From positions 9,743-73,742 of the forward strand of contig CAYQMV010000002.1 of the NCBI GenBank assembly GCA_964418705.1: a stretch of 64,000 nucleotides of DNA, given 5' to 3'. The stretch comes from an uncultured Sangeribacter sp. (GTDB lineage: Bacteria; Bacteroidota; Bacteroidia; Bacteroidales; Muribaculaceae). How positions within the stretch are numbered: position 1 is the stretch's first letter; each line of letters opens with the position of its first letter. Shown here one piece after another: positions 1-7,924 of the stretch. A program made the position numbers and the translations under genes. The notes beneath the pieces were generated by a model that searched no databases, was not told where the DNA came from, and worked only from the letters and a program-made list of their open reading frames with translations.

Positions 1-207
1 CGTCACGAAATTCTCATCGCGCATGCTCTCCCCGCCGCGGAGATGGAAATTGCAGTGCGCGGCGATGAATGGTTTTTTCAACCGGTGGAGCGCATGGAGA
101 AGCGCCATGCTGTCAGCTCCCCCGCTGATTGTGGCGAGAACGCCACCCTCTATGTGCGAGAGTGTTGACTCAATACATTCCTCTATTTTTTCAATGTTTT
201 TTTTCAC
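1..207 (-). CDS. tilS: tRNA(Ile)-lysidine synthase, N-terminal part; the gene runs off the left edge
   Basis: Manual minus-strand translation from GTG at 207 gives [69 protein letters not shown]. It contains the SGGxDS PP-loop motif typical of TilS. It is absent from the ORF track because the window edge truncates it. Confidence 0.7.
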   Translation of the reverse strand, partial: MKKNIEKIEECIESTLSHIEGGVLATISGGADSMALLHALHRLKKPFIAAHCNFHLRGGESMRDENFVT

Positions 208-236
208 TTCTCCAAGGCTAATCCTTACTATAAGCA

Positions 237-244
237 CAAAATTA
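237..244 (-). promoter_or_regulatory. Candidate Bacteroidetes -7 box (TAATTTTG on the minus strand) for tilS
   Basis: Reverse complement of caaaatta matches TAnnTTTG, about 30 nt upstream of the GTG start. Confidence 0.4.
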
Positions 245-288
245 AAAAAAAAATTCCACAAACTATTGTGTATGAAAAATAAAAGTTG

Positions 289-296
289 TAATTTTG
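289..296 (+). promoter_or_regulatory. Candidate -7 box TAATTTTG for the Fur-family/rubrerythrin genes
   Basis: Exact TAnnTTTG match about 90 nt upstream of the ATG at 389. Confidence 0.45.
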
Positions 297-388
297 TACC
301 GGATTTAATTTTGTATCTAATACAATGTAGTTAAAACCACCAATAAAATACTAATAACCCGCAGCGGTTGAGATATCGGCCCTGCCTA

Positions 389-814
389 ATGAAAGTAGAA
401 AGCATGTCATCGGCAATTGACTTATTACGCCAGTATGGGATACGCCCGTCGCATCAGCGCATCACGGTGTTGAATTATCTGCTGGACCATCGTGAGCACA
501 ACTCTGCTGACGAGATTTTTGAGGGCTTATACAAGCAGGTCCCGACATTGTCGCGTACCACAGTGTTCAACACACTCCGCCTATTCCGCGATTTGGGTGT
601 GGTGCAGGCTGTGAGTATCGGCACAAACCCCGTATGCTTCGACGTTGATATGACACCCCACGCTCATTTCTATTGCTCGGAGTGCCACAGCATCACCGAC
701 ATACCCATCACCGATGAGGATTGGTTCGCGGTTAAAAAATATGGCGGCGACGGAGTGGATATGCAGGTCACTTTCCATGGATTGTGCGACAGGTGTCTAA
801 GCCACCGCCGTTAA
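389..814 (+). CDS. Fur-family metalloregulator (PerR-like)
   Basis: The ORF contains ...LRQYGIRPSHQRITVLNYLL...HNSADEIF... (winged-helix DNA-binding part). It has two Cys pairs, CSECH and CDRC (structural Zn site). It lies directly upstream of rubrerythrin. I prefer the ATG at 389 (or 404) over the TTG at 368. Confidence 0.85.
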   Translation: MKVESMSSAIDLLRQYGIRPSHQRITVLNYLLDHREHNSADEIFEGLYKQVPTLSRTTVFNTLRLFRDLGVVQAVSIGTNPVCFDVDMTPHAHFYCSECHSITDIPITDEDWFAVKKYGGDGVDMQVTFHGLCDRCLSHRR

Positions 815-834
815 GAAAGGGATATTAGGTAGAT

Positions 835-886
835 TAATCTAAGCAAAATAATCTAAGCAAAATAATCTAAGTAAAAATAATCTAAG
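835..886. repeat. Tandem array, 4 x 14-15 bp (TAATCTAAGCAAAA)
   Basis: TAATCTAAG starts at 835, 849, 863 and 878. It lies between the Fur-family stop (814) and the rubrerythrin ATG (920). Confidence 0.9.
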
Positions 887-919
887 TTACTAAACAACTA
901 AAAAACAAAATTTATTATT

Positions 920-1477
920 ATGGCAACAAAATGGATTTGCTCCGTATGCGGCTATGTGGCAGAAGGAGAAACAGCCCCTGAGAAATGTCCCCAATGTGGT
1001 GTTCCCGCTTCCAAATTCAATAAAATGGATGAAGAGGCTCTTCTTAACTTCGTCACCGAGCATGAGATCGGCGTGGCTAAGGATGTGGATGACGCAATGA
1101 AAGCAGACCTCAACGCACACTTCAATGGTGAGTGTACCGAGGTAGGTATGTATCTTGCAATGTCTCGTCAAGCTGACCGCGAGGGTTATCCCGAGATCGC
1201 CGAGGCTTTCAAGCGTTACGCATGGGAAGAGGCTGAGCATGCCGCTAAATTCGCTGAGCTTCTCGGCGATGTGGTATGGGATACCAAAACTAACCTTGAG
1301 AAACGTATGCACGCTGAGGCAGGTGCCAACCAAGATAAAATGCGCATCGCTAAAAACGCCAAGGCTGCAAACCTCGACGCTATCCACGACACAGTGCATG
1401 AGATGGCTAAAGACGAGGCTCGCCACGGCCGTGGTTTCTACGGCTTGTTCCAACGTTATTTCGCTGACAAGAAATAA
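920..1477 (+). CDS. rbr: Rubrerythrin, reverse domain order (N-terminal rubredoxin-like CxxC...CxxC, C-terminal ferritin-like four-helix bundle)
   Basis: N-terminal CSVCGY...CPQCG motif. Di-iron ligand motifs EExEH ([10 protein letters not shown]) and DEARH are present. Confidence 0.9.
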   Translation: MATKWICSVCGYVAEGETAPEKCPQCGVPASKFNKMDEEALLNFVTEHEIGVAKDVDDAMKADLNAHFNGECTEVGMYLAMSRQADREGYPEIAEAFKRYAWEEAEHAAKFAELLGDVVWDTKTNLEKRMHAEAGANQDKMRIAKNAKAANLDAIHDTVHEMAKDEARHGRGFYGLFQRYFADKK

Positions 1478-1501
1478 TAAATCCCTCTATTCATCATAAT
1501 T

Positions 1502-1539
1502 ACAGGCGCCCCGAATCATCGGAGCGCCTGTCTTATTTT
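1502..1539. terminator. Rho-independent terminator between convergent genes
   Basis: acaggcgc (1502-1509) pairs with gcgcctgt (1524-1531) plus two inner GC pairs. It is followed by tcttatttt. Confidence 0.7.
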
Positions 1540-1600
1540 GGATTTTATTTGACCTATACGCCTTTTATTTTGTGCTTGTGTCCTTAGTGGTTTCGGCGGT

Positions 1601-3016
1601 CTAATAATCGTATTCTTTTTTGAGGTATTCGAACTGTTCGTAGACATCGGCGAAGATTATCTGAGTTTTCTCCTCTTTTGTTTCCGCCTCGACCTCCTCT
1701 TTCAGTTCCTCGAAGTCGCCGTTGCAGTCCATCTCCACGCAGTCGGTGTCGTAGAGGGCTTTGAGTTCCGGAAGAAGCTCGGTGGCGCTGAATTTGGCGG
1801 CGTCGGATGCCACGAACGCGGCGAACAGACCGTCGCACATTTTCGGTTGACCGACGATGTCTTTTGTGATTTCATTGATAATGCGGCGGTACGCCTCCAC
1901 CACTTTGTCGCGCAGACGGGGATGGTTCACCGCGATCATCGCCATAGCCGCCGACGCGTAGACCTTGTTGAATTGATTTATTCCCTCACGGCGCATGAAC
2001 TGCTCAATCTCATCGATGTTTTTCACTCCGATGCGGTAGATGCTCTGGTTGTAGGTGAACTCGTCAGCCTCACTGATGAAATAGTCGCTCCAGTAAGCAT
2101 CCTGGCTCAGACATTCGAAGATCACGCGCAGGCTTGTTTTGGTGCCCACCCATCCGAGCAGAGCCACGGAGTTGCCCACAAGAAAATAGTTTATCGTTTC
2201 GTTGTCCACGTCATCGGCGGTGACTGCCAAGGCGTAGTTGAGGATATTCTCGAGGTCGGTGCGCAGATCGCGCTTGGGAATCTCCATGATTCGTTCCAGC
2301 AGTCCGCGGTCGGGGAAACGGTTGTCAGGGTTGTTGAGTATGTCGAAAAGCCATTTGGTTTTAAGCTTCAGTTCGGTGTGGTAGTTGGGGTGCTTATAGG
2401 TGTATTCACTCTCCGCGTAGTCGTTGTCGTAGTGCGTGGAATCCTCGTTGAAGCACTCCACCTGATATGCTATCTTCTCTTCCGGCAGGTGGGCGCGGAG
2501 GATGGGGAGGTAAGTGTTGAGTTCCTTGGCGGTGGCGACATATAAGCTGTGTTTGCCGTTTTCGCCGTAGTTGTATGAAATCAAGGGTATCTCGTCGGAA
2601 TCGTCGCTGAGAAAGTATTCGGTGAGCTTGAAGTCCTCGCAGGGTTCGATGCCCCCCTCTTCGGCGAACTCCACGGCGCCGTAAATGATATTGTGTACCT
2701 TCTCATATTCAATCTCCACCATCTCTATGCCGGAGGTGTAGAGGTCTATGCTCTCTTGGATTAACTCCGGGGTTTCGTTGAAGTGGTAGAAACTTTTTTT
2801 CACTCCGAGGCAGAAAGTGTCTACGAGGTAGAATGCCGCGGATTGGTTCCCTTGTTTATGTTGGCGCACCACAATAATCATCGCCATTCCGTTTTTCATC
2901 CACCCTTTGTTGATAAGGCAACGCGCTATCGGGAGTGTGCGCATACGGGTGCGTATATGTTGTTCCGGTTTTAAGGGGGCTGATGATTTTGCAGTATTTC
3001 CTTTTTTCTTTGCCAT
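1601..3016 (-). CDS. Conserved hypothetical protein, 471 aa (basic N-terminus, acidic C-terminus; possibly DUF1186-like)
   Basis: A long ORF with coding-like composition and its own upstream TAnnTTTG box. I recognised no catalytic motif. Confidence 0.6.
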   Translation of the reverse strand: MAKKKGNTAKSSAPLKPEQHIRTRMRTLPIARCLINKGWMKNGMAMIIVVRQHKQGNQSAAFYLVDTFCLGVKKSFYHFNETPELIQESIDLYTSGIEMVEIEYEKVHNIIYGAVEFAEEGGIEPCEDFKLTEYFLSDDSDEIPLISYNYGENGKHSLYVATAKELNTYLPILRAHLPEEKIAYQVECFNEDSTHYDNDYAESEYTYKHPNYHTELKLKTKWLFDILNNPDNRFPDRGLLERIMEIPKRDLRTDLENILNYALAVTADDVDNETINYFLVGNSVALLGWVGTKTSLRVIFECLSQDAYWSDYFISEADEFTYNQSIYRIGVKNIDEIEQFMRREGINQFNKVYASAAMAMIAVNHPRLRDKVVEAYRRIINEITKDIVGQPKMCDGLFAAFVASDAAKFSATELLPELKALYDTDCVEMDCNGDFEELKEEVEAETKEEKTQIIFADVYEQFEYLKKEYDY

Positions 3017-3070
3017 AAATTTAAGTGCCTATATTTGTTTGCGTAAGTTCTATGTGTTGTGTATTTGCCA

Positions 3071-3078
3071 CAAAGGTA
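3071..3078 (-). promoter_or_regulatory. Candidate -7 box TACCTTTG (minus strand) for the 1601-3016 gene
   Basis: Reverse complement of caaaggta, 55 nt upstream of the ATG at 3016. Confidence 0.45.
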
Positions 3079-3155
3079 ATAATAATTTGACGAATATGGA
3101 AAATTTATGAAATTAGTTCGCCAAAAGCAACCGCGTATTTTGTAAAACGGATGCA

Positions 3156-3190
3156 TATAAAAAGAGTATGCGTTTTTGTGGCGCATACTC
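3156..3190 (-). terminator. Rho-independent terminator of the thioredoxin gene
   Basis: gagtatgcg (3164-3172) pairs with cgcatactc (3182-3190). On the minus strand it is followed by a T-run (taaaaa at 3158-3163 on the plus strand). Confidence 0.65.
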
Positions 3191-3205
3191 CATATTGGAC
3201 CTGAT

Positions 3206-3278
3206 GTTGAGTTCAAGGGTTGAGTTCAGGGGTTGAGTTCGGGTGTTGACTTAGGGTATTGACTTAGGTGGTTGACTA
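3206..3278. repeat. Tandem array, about 5.6 x 13 bp (GTTGAGTTCRGGG x3, then GTTGACTTAGGGT-type x3)
   Basis: Units start at 3206, 3219, 3232, 3245, 3258 and 3271. The last unit overlaps the thioredoxin stop codon. The array lies between that stop and the terminator. Confidence 0.9.
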
Positions 3279-3794
3279 TTTGCAGAAGTTTTTGGCGGCG
3301 GTTGTGAGAGATTGCAGATCCATATCGCCGTCGTACATCACGACCTCTTTGGAGCCGCAGAACATCAGCTGTGGGATTGCCTCTATGCCGTAAGCCGTCA
3401 CCACATCGCCACATTCATCCACGTTCACCTTATAGACGGTGATGCCGGAGGTCTCCGCGAGTTTGTCGATGGTTGGCGACAATTGGCGGCAGGGTCCGCA
3501 CCATTCAGCCCAAAAATCCACAATGCATGGTTCAGACCCTACGAATACGGAGGGATCGCGCGTGTAGTCAGCGACTAATTGGCGGAATTGGGCGGAAGTG
3601 AGGTTCACCACTCTTCCTTCGCCGGCGGAACCCGTTTCGGCGACAGCCTCTTTCTGCTCTCCATCATTATTCTCTTTCGCACCGCTGTTGGTTTTGCCAT
3701 CGCCGCACGACACAATCATTGCTGTAGAAATCGCAACAGACATCCATACGGACATCCCACATACTAATTTTTTTATACGTATCATATTATTCAT
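3276..3794 (-). CDS. Thioredoxin-family lipoprotein (WCGPC active site)
   Basis: Contains FWAEWCGPCRQL. The signal/lipobox is ...AMIVSCGDG. I chose the start at MNNMIRIKK (3794) because a TAACTTTG -7 box lies inside the longer 3854 ORF extension. Confidence 0.85.
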   Translation of the reverse strand: MNNMIRIKKLVCGMSVWMSVAISTAMIVSCGDGKTNSGAKENNDGEQKEAVAETGSAGEGRVVNLTSAQFRQLVADYTRDPSVFVGSEPCIVDFWAEWCGPCRQLSPTIDKLAETSGITVYKVNVDECGDVVTAYGIEAIPQLMFCGSKEVVMYDGDMDLQSLTTAAKNFCK

Positions 3795-3811
3795 CTTTAG
3801 GTTGTGAGTCG

Positions 3812-3819
3812 CAAAGTTA
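3812..3819 (-). promoter_or_regulatory. Candidate -7 box TAACTTTG (minus strand) for the thioredoxin gene
   Basis: Reverse complement of caaagtta, 18 nt upstream of the ATG at 3794. Confidence 0.45.
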
Positions 3820-3870
3820 ATTTTTTTATTTAATTCCACAAAACATATCGCCAAATTTCTTGATGGAGAA

Positions 3871-3887
3871 TTTTTTTTTTTTTTTTT
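3871..3887. repeat. T17 homopolymer tract between divergent promoters
   Basis: I counted 17 consecutive T on the plus strand. The tract ends 10 nt before the TAACTTTG box at 3898. Confidence 0.95.
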
Positions 3888-3897
3888 GAAAAATTGT

Positions 3898-3905
3898 TAA
3901 CTTTG
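3898..3905 (+). promoter_or_regulatory. Candidate -7 box TAACTTTG for the lipoprotein/TonB-receptor operon
   Basis: Exact TAnnTTTG match, about 110 nt upstream of the ATG at 4015. Confidence 0.5.
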
Positions 3906-3954
3906 CGGAATCGTTTACTCAGGTATGTAATACTACTTGATTTTTACGGAAATA

Positions 3955-4022
3955 TAGAACAGATAAAAACATCAGAACTAATAAGACTTTAGAACTAATA
4001 AAACGTTAGAACTAATGAAAAT
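3955..4022 (+). repeat. Tandem array, 4 x 17 bp (TTAGAACTAATAAAACG-type); the last unit contains the start codon
   Basis: AGAACTAAT occurs at 3974, 3991 and 4008, with a degenerate copy at 3955. In the last unit AATAAA becomes AATGAA, giving the ATG at 4015. Confidence 0.85.
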
Positions 4023-4473
4023 TTCGTACATAAAAAGGATTTTGTCCCGCTCAGGCATACTGCTGTCGGGATCATTGCTATTGCTGTGCTCTTCCTGTTC
4101 AGATACATGGGGGGATAGTCCCGGAGGCGAGGGTTATGTGAGTGGCAGTCGAAGGGACTTGAACTACACCGGCTCCAATGTGCATGTTTATGTCGACGGC
4201 GTTGAGAACACGCAAGTGTCGGAATTGAGAATGAGGTCGCAGGTACAGGATGCCATGGCGGAGAATCCTCGATTCACAACCTATCTCAATATTAAGGGAT
4301 TGGTAAAGAAGAACAAGGTGAGTATAATAGAGGTGGAGTCCACAAACGACTCTTTCGAGGGCACCACCACATATAAGGGTGCTGAATATATTGTCACCGG
4401 TGAGTTTGTGGGTGATTCGTGGTTTGACGATTTCTCCAAGTTGGGAATTATTGTGTACTTGAATAAGGAATAG
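4015..4473 (+). CDS. Small lipoprotein of unknown function
   Basis: Signal peptide with lipobox LLLCSSCSD. The stop is 1 nt before the TonB-dependent receptor start. Confidence 0.7.
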   Translation: MKISYIKRILSRSGILLSGSLLLLCSSCSDTWGDSPGGEGYVSGSRRDLNYTGSNVHVYVDGVENTQVSELRMRSQVQDAMAENPRFTTYLNIKGLVKKNKVSIIEVESTNDSFEGTTTYKGAEYIVTGEFVGDSWFDDFSKLGIIVYLNKE

Positions 4474-4474
4474 T

Positions 4475-6733
4475 ATGGGAAAAGCGCATATTTCCGCGAT
4501 TATGCTTGCCCTTCTTAGTTTCAGTCCCCGGCTATTCGCAGCTACGGATTCCATCCCGGAGCATAACTTGGATGAGATAATCGTCACCGCTACGGGAGCC
4601 ACGCGCAATCTGCGCGCCGCGGAGATGGGCAGGCATGTGATAGACCGGGAGTCGATAGTTAAGCTTCCCGTCTTGTTCGGGGAACCGGACATCGTGAAGA
4701 GTTTGCAAACATTGCCGGGAGTCTCCCAGGGTGTGGAGGGGTTCACCGGATTGTATGTGCATGGCGGCGACAATGACCAGAACTTGTTTTTGTATAACGG
4801 TCTTCCGCTGTATCATGTGAGCCACCTCGGCGGCATATTCTCTTCGTTCAATGTGTCGACGATACGCAATATCGATTTTTTCAAATCGGCGTTTCCGGCA
4901 CGCTACGGAGGACGAATTTCGAGCATCACCAACATAAATATGGCGAAGCCGGACTTCCAACGCTATACGGGAAAATTCACCGTGGGGCTCCTCGCGGTTA
5001 ACGGCTATATCTCCGGCCCGATAATCAAGGATAAGTTGGCGTTCAGCGCGGCGGTGCGCCGTTCGTGGATTGACGTGGTGGGCGTTCCGGCGCTCCTTGT
5101 GGCCAACGCCATACAGAAAAAGAACGGAAAGAAAACTATCGCCGACTATTATTTCATGGATTTCAACGCCCGTGTGGATTGGAAATTCACCGGCGGCAGC
5201 CTCTACGCCATAGGCTACTATGGAAAGGATTATCTTAAGATAGGGAATCGTGAGTTTGAATCCTCCGCCAACAGTTATGTTGTGGGTGCCAACGGGGTGA
5301 TAAATAGTGCCGGCAGCGGGGAGTCCAGCTTCTTCGATGAGGATAGGAACTCTTTGTCGTGGGGCAACTGGGGAGTCTCTTTGAACGCCGACTATAACGT
5401 GTGGGACGGCACTCTCAACGCCATCGCCTACGTGTCGCGCTATTTCTCGCACTATAGCCAGTCGAATGAGCATCAGACGAATCTCAGCGACCCCTCCACG
5501 TATGGCTACAATCTTAACGGCACACGCAACTCAATCTCCGATGTGGGGCTTAATTTGCAGTATATGCGGCAGTTCGCCGACATTTATCTTATGAAGGTGG
5601 GTGGCGGATATGTGCATCATAACTATCATCCGGAGGGGTTGACCAATGAGTATGTGGATGCCGACAACAGCTGGATCGACAACAACGACAACCCGTTGGT
5701 GCGTGGGAACGAGGTGTTCGCATACCTTGACAATCTCTTTAATTTCGGTGAGAATGTCTCGCTGGATGCCGGTGGACGTTTCGTGAGCCACTTTATCCAA
5801 GGGGAGTCGTTCCCGAGGTTTGAACCGCGCGCCTCCCTGCGTGTGAATGTGTCGGAGAATTACAGTGTGAAGGCATCCTACGCACGCATCAATCAGTTCG
5901 TGCAGCAGGTGTCGAGTAATTATATAAGTCTACCCACGGATCTGTGGCAGCCTATAGGCAAGGGGATGAAACCCTTGGAGAGCGATCAGTATTCGCTCGG
6001 TGTGTATGGCAACGTCACCAAGCAGATTTACTTCTCTTTGGAGGGGTGGTATAAAGATATGCGCAATCTGGTGGAATATCGTGAGGGTGTCTCCACGTTC
6101 AATCCCAATCTGGCATGGTCGGAGAAGACCACGTCGGGCAAGGGTTGGGCTTATGGTGTGGATCTCAACGTGAAGCGTGAGGTGGGCAAACTCAGAGGTA
6201 GTGTGGGATATGGTCTGATGTGGAACTGGCGCAAGTTCGACGAGCTTAACGGCGGCGTTAAGTTCCCGGCGAAGTTCGACAACCGCCATAAGATAAATAT
6301 CAATCTCACTTATTCCCTCAATGATAAGATTGAGTTCAACGCCGGATGGCTCTATATGACCGGCAACAGAATCACTCTGTCGCTCTACAACTACGATGAG
6401 ATAGGTAATCTCTTCCCCGACGCGCCTACCACCGGCATCGGTGACTCCGGTTTCGATTGGCAACAGGCATCGGGAATAGGCTACTATTCCGGCAGAAACA
6501 ATATACGTATGCCGGCGTACCATCGTCTCGACATAGGCATGAGCCTGTTTAAGAAGTTGAAAAACGGAAAGCGTTCGATATGGAACTTCAGTCTTTACAA
6601 CGCATATTGCCGGATGAACACCATGACGCTACATAAGGATGATTATGTGGACTCCACGCAGAAGAACAGGACATTCCAAAAATTCAGCCTTATCCCTGTG
6701 GTGCCTTCGGTGTCATACACTTATGAATTTTGA
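4475..6733 (+). CDS. TonB-dependent receptor (plug plus beta-barrel, non-SusC type)
   Basis: Signal peptide, TonB-box-like DEIIVTATG and the plug motif region LPGVSQG...GLYVHGG. The C-terminus ends in aromatic ...SYTYEF. Confidence 0.9.
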   Translation: MGKAHISAIMLALLSFSPRLFAATDSIPEHNLDEIIVTATGATRNLRAAEMGRHVIDRESIVKLPVLFGEPDIVKSLQTLPGVSQGVEGFTGLYVHGGDNDQNLFLYNGLPLYHVSHLGGIFSSFNVSTIRNIDFFKSAFPARYGGRISSITNINMAKPDFQRYTGKFTVGLLAVNGYISGPIIKDKLAFSAAVRRSWIDVVGVPALLVANAIQKKNGKKTIADYYFMDFNARVDWKFTGGSLYAIGYYGKDYLKIGNREFESSANSYVVGANGVINSAGSGESSFFDEDRNSLSWGNWGVSLNADYNVWDGTLNAIAYVSRYFSHYSQSNEHQTNLSDPSTYGYNLNGTRNSISDVGLNLQYMRQFADIYLMKVGGGYVHHNYHPEGLTNEYVDADNSWIDNNDNPLVRGNEVFAYLDNLFNFGENVSLDAGGRFVSHFIQGESFPRFEPRASLRVNVSENYSVKASYARINQFVQQVSSNYISLPTDLWQPIGKGMKPLESDQYSLGVYGNVTKQIYFSLEGWYKDMRNLVEYREGVSTFNPNLAWSEKTTSGKGWAYGVDLNVKREVGKLRGSVGYGLMWNWRKFDELNGGVKFPAKFDNRHKININLTYSLNDKIEFNAGWLYMTGNRITLSLYNYDEIGNLFPDAPTTGIGDSGFDWQQASGIGYYSGRNNIRMPAYHRLDIGMSLFKKLKNGKRSIWNFSLYNAYCRMNTMTLHKDDYVDSTQKNRTFQKFSLIPVVPSVSYTYEF

Positions 6734-6765
6734 TGTATATTTATTTTGATGTGTACATGAGAATG

Positions 6766-6825
6766 TTAGAAAGTGACAACATGAATATAGAGACAACATG
6801 TGATATTAGAAAGTGACAACATGAA
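6766..6825 (+). repeat. 20-bp direct repeat TTAGAAAGTGACAACATGAA, two copies exactly 40 bp apart; the second carries the real start codon
   Basis: Copies lie at 6766-6785 and 6806-6825. A third partial copy, GACAACATG, is at 6792-6800. Confidence 0.9.
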
Positions 6826-7804
6826 GAAAAGATTTTTTTATCATATATCATTGCTCGCCGCGCCCTTGCTTCTTTCCGGATGCTATCAGGAACTTGATTT
6901 GGATAAGTATAGGGATCAGGAGGGACGTGACCTTTTGACCATAAATTCTATCATTAATCCGGACTCCACTGTTTCCGTGGTCGCCACCAAGACTTATTTC
7001 TTCTCCGACGAACACAATGAACGCTCCTACGTGAAGGATTTGGCGATTCATCTGTCGGTCAACGGCGAGGATAGGAGCGTGATGGACTATAATGCCGCTA
7101 CGCGGATGTATGGCAGCAATGTGAAGCCTATGGAGGGTGATGAGGTGGCTCTCACGGTGCAGTATGGTGATTCGTTGGTGAATTGCAAGGATATTGTCCC
7201 CTCGAAGGTGAAAATCGAGAATGTGTCGGTGTCGCGGCAGGGTCCGTTGTCGGTGTATACTGACAATGATTATATATTCACCTACAATATCACTTTCACC
7301 GATCCTTGTGGGGATAATTATTATTTCCTGCAATATGATGCGGAGAACCCTTTCCGCGGATTGCAGATGGGTGAGAGGGTGTTCTCTTACGAATATGTGT
7401 TCCAGCAGTTGGCGCGTCAGGTGAATTCCAATATCCCCGGATGGGAGCCGTATTCACCCGATGGCTTGCCGTTTAGCGATTACGGCATTGACGGTGAGAA
7501 GCATACTCTCGTGGTAAAGGAGATTATGCAAGGAGGAAATGGCAGGGATCTCACCCGATATAAGACCATGTCGCGTAAGTTCCGCCTTTATGCTGTCTCG
7601 AAAGACTACTACGACTATATGTTGAGCATGATATATAATGACACCGATGCCGATGGCTTGCACGCCGGCATGATAGATTTGGGTGTGACCGAGCCTCTCA
7701 GTTACTTCTCCAACATTCATGGTGGTATCGGCATCTTCGCGGCGTACTCCCTCGATGAGTTAGTCCTTGATGTGATGGATATCGTCGGCGTTTTCCCTCA
7801 GTAG
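6821..7804 (+). CDS. DUF4249-like lipoprotein (usual partner of this TonB-receptor class)
   Basis: Start at MKKRFFYHISLLAAPLLLSGC (lipobox). Position directly downstream of the TonB-dependent receptor. The family call rests on synteny and recollection and was not verified. Confidence 0.65.
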   Translation: MKKRFFYHISLLAAPLLLSGCYQELDLDKYRDQEGRDLLTINSIINPDSTVSVVATKTYFFSDEHNERSYVKDLAIHLSVNGEDRSVMDYNAATRMYGSNVKPMEGDEVALTVQYGDSLVNCKDIVPSKVKIENVSVSRQGPLSVYTDNDYIFTYNITFTDPCGDNYYFLQYDAENPFRGLQMGERVFSYEYVFQQLARQVNSNIPGWEPYSPDGLPFSDYGIDGEKHTLVVKEIMQGGNGRDLTRYKTMSRKFRLYAVSKDYYDYMLSMIYNDTDADGLHAGMIDLGVTEPLSYFSNIHGGIGIFAAYSLDELVLDVMDIVGVFPQ

Positions 7805-7844
7805 TGGAAAGACACCGTGCCGCAGCTAATATTTATGAACTGCA

Positions 7845-7893
7845 CTTCAAGAGTTTTATGTTAACTTTTGGAGTGCAGTTCATTTTGACATAG
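7845..7893. terminator. Bidirectional hairpin between convergent genes
   Basis: atgaactgcact (7845-7856) pairs with agtgcagttcat (7882-7893). It is followed by tttg. Confidence 0.6.
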
Positions 7894-7924
7894 TCTCCCT
7901 ATTCGCTGTTACCCGATTACTTGT

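Noticed and set aside
835-886. Could the short tandem arrays (here and at 3206, 23590, 48954) be CRISPR arrays?
   Set aside because: The units are 13-24 bp and directly abutting, or separated by only 3-12 bp, with no unique spacers of CRISPR length. There are at most 6 copies and no cas genes in the window.
1584-1838. 84-aa Arg-rich minus-strand ORF overlapping the 3' end of the 1601-3016 gene
   Set aside because: It is an out-of-frame overlap with the much longer ORF. Its extreme Arg/Gly content is typical of a wrong-frame reading.
3795-3854. Longer N-terminal extensions offered by the ORF track: thioredoxin from 3854, Fur from 368, ParA from 12082, AraC from 21427, DUF4250-like from 49445, DUF4249-like from 6800
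   Set aside because: For the thioredoxin, ParA and DUF4250-like genes, a TAnnTTTG promoter box lies inside the extension. For the Fur-family, AraC and DUF4249-like genes, the extension starts at a non-ATG codon or adds sequence that looks non-native before an obvious signal peptide or conserved N-terminus. I used the internal ATG starts.
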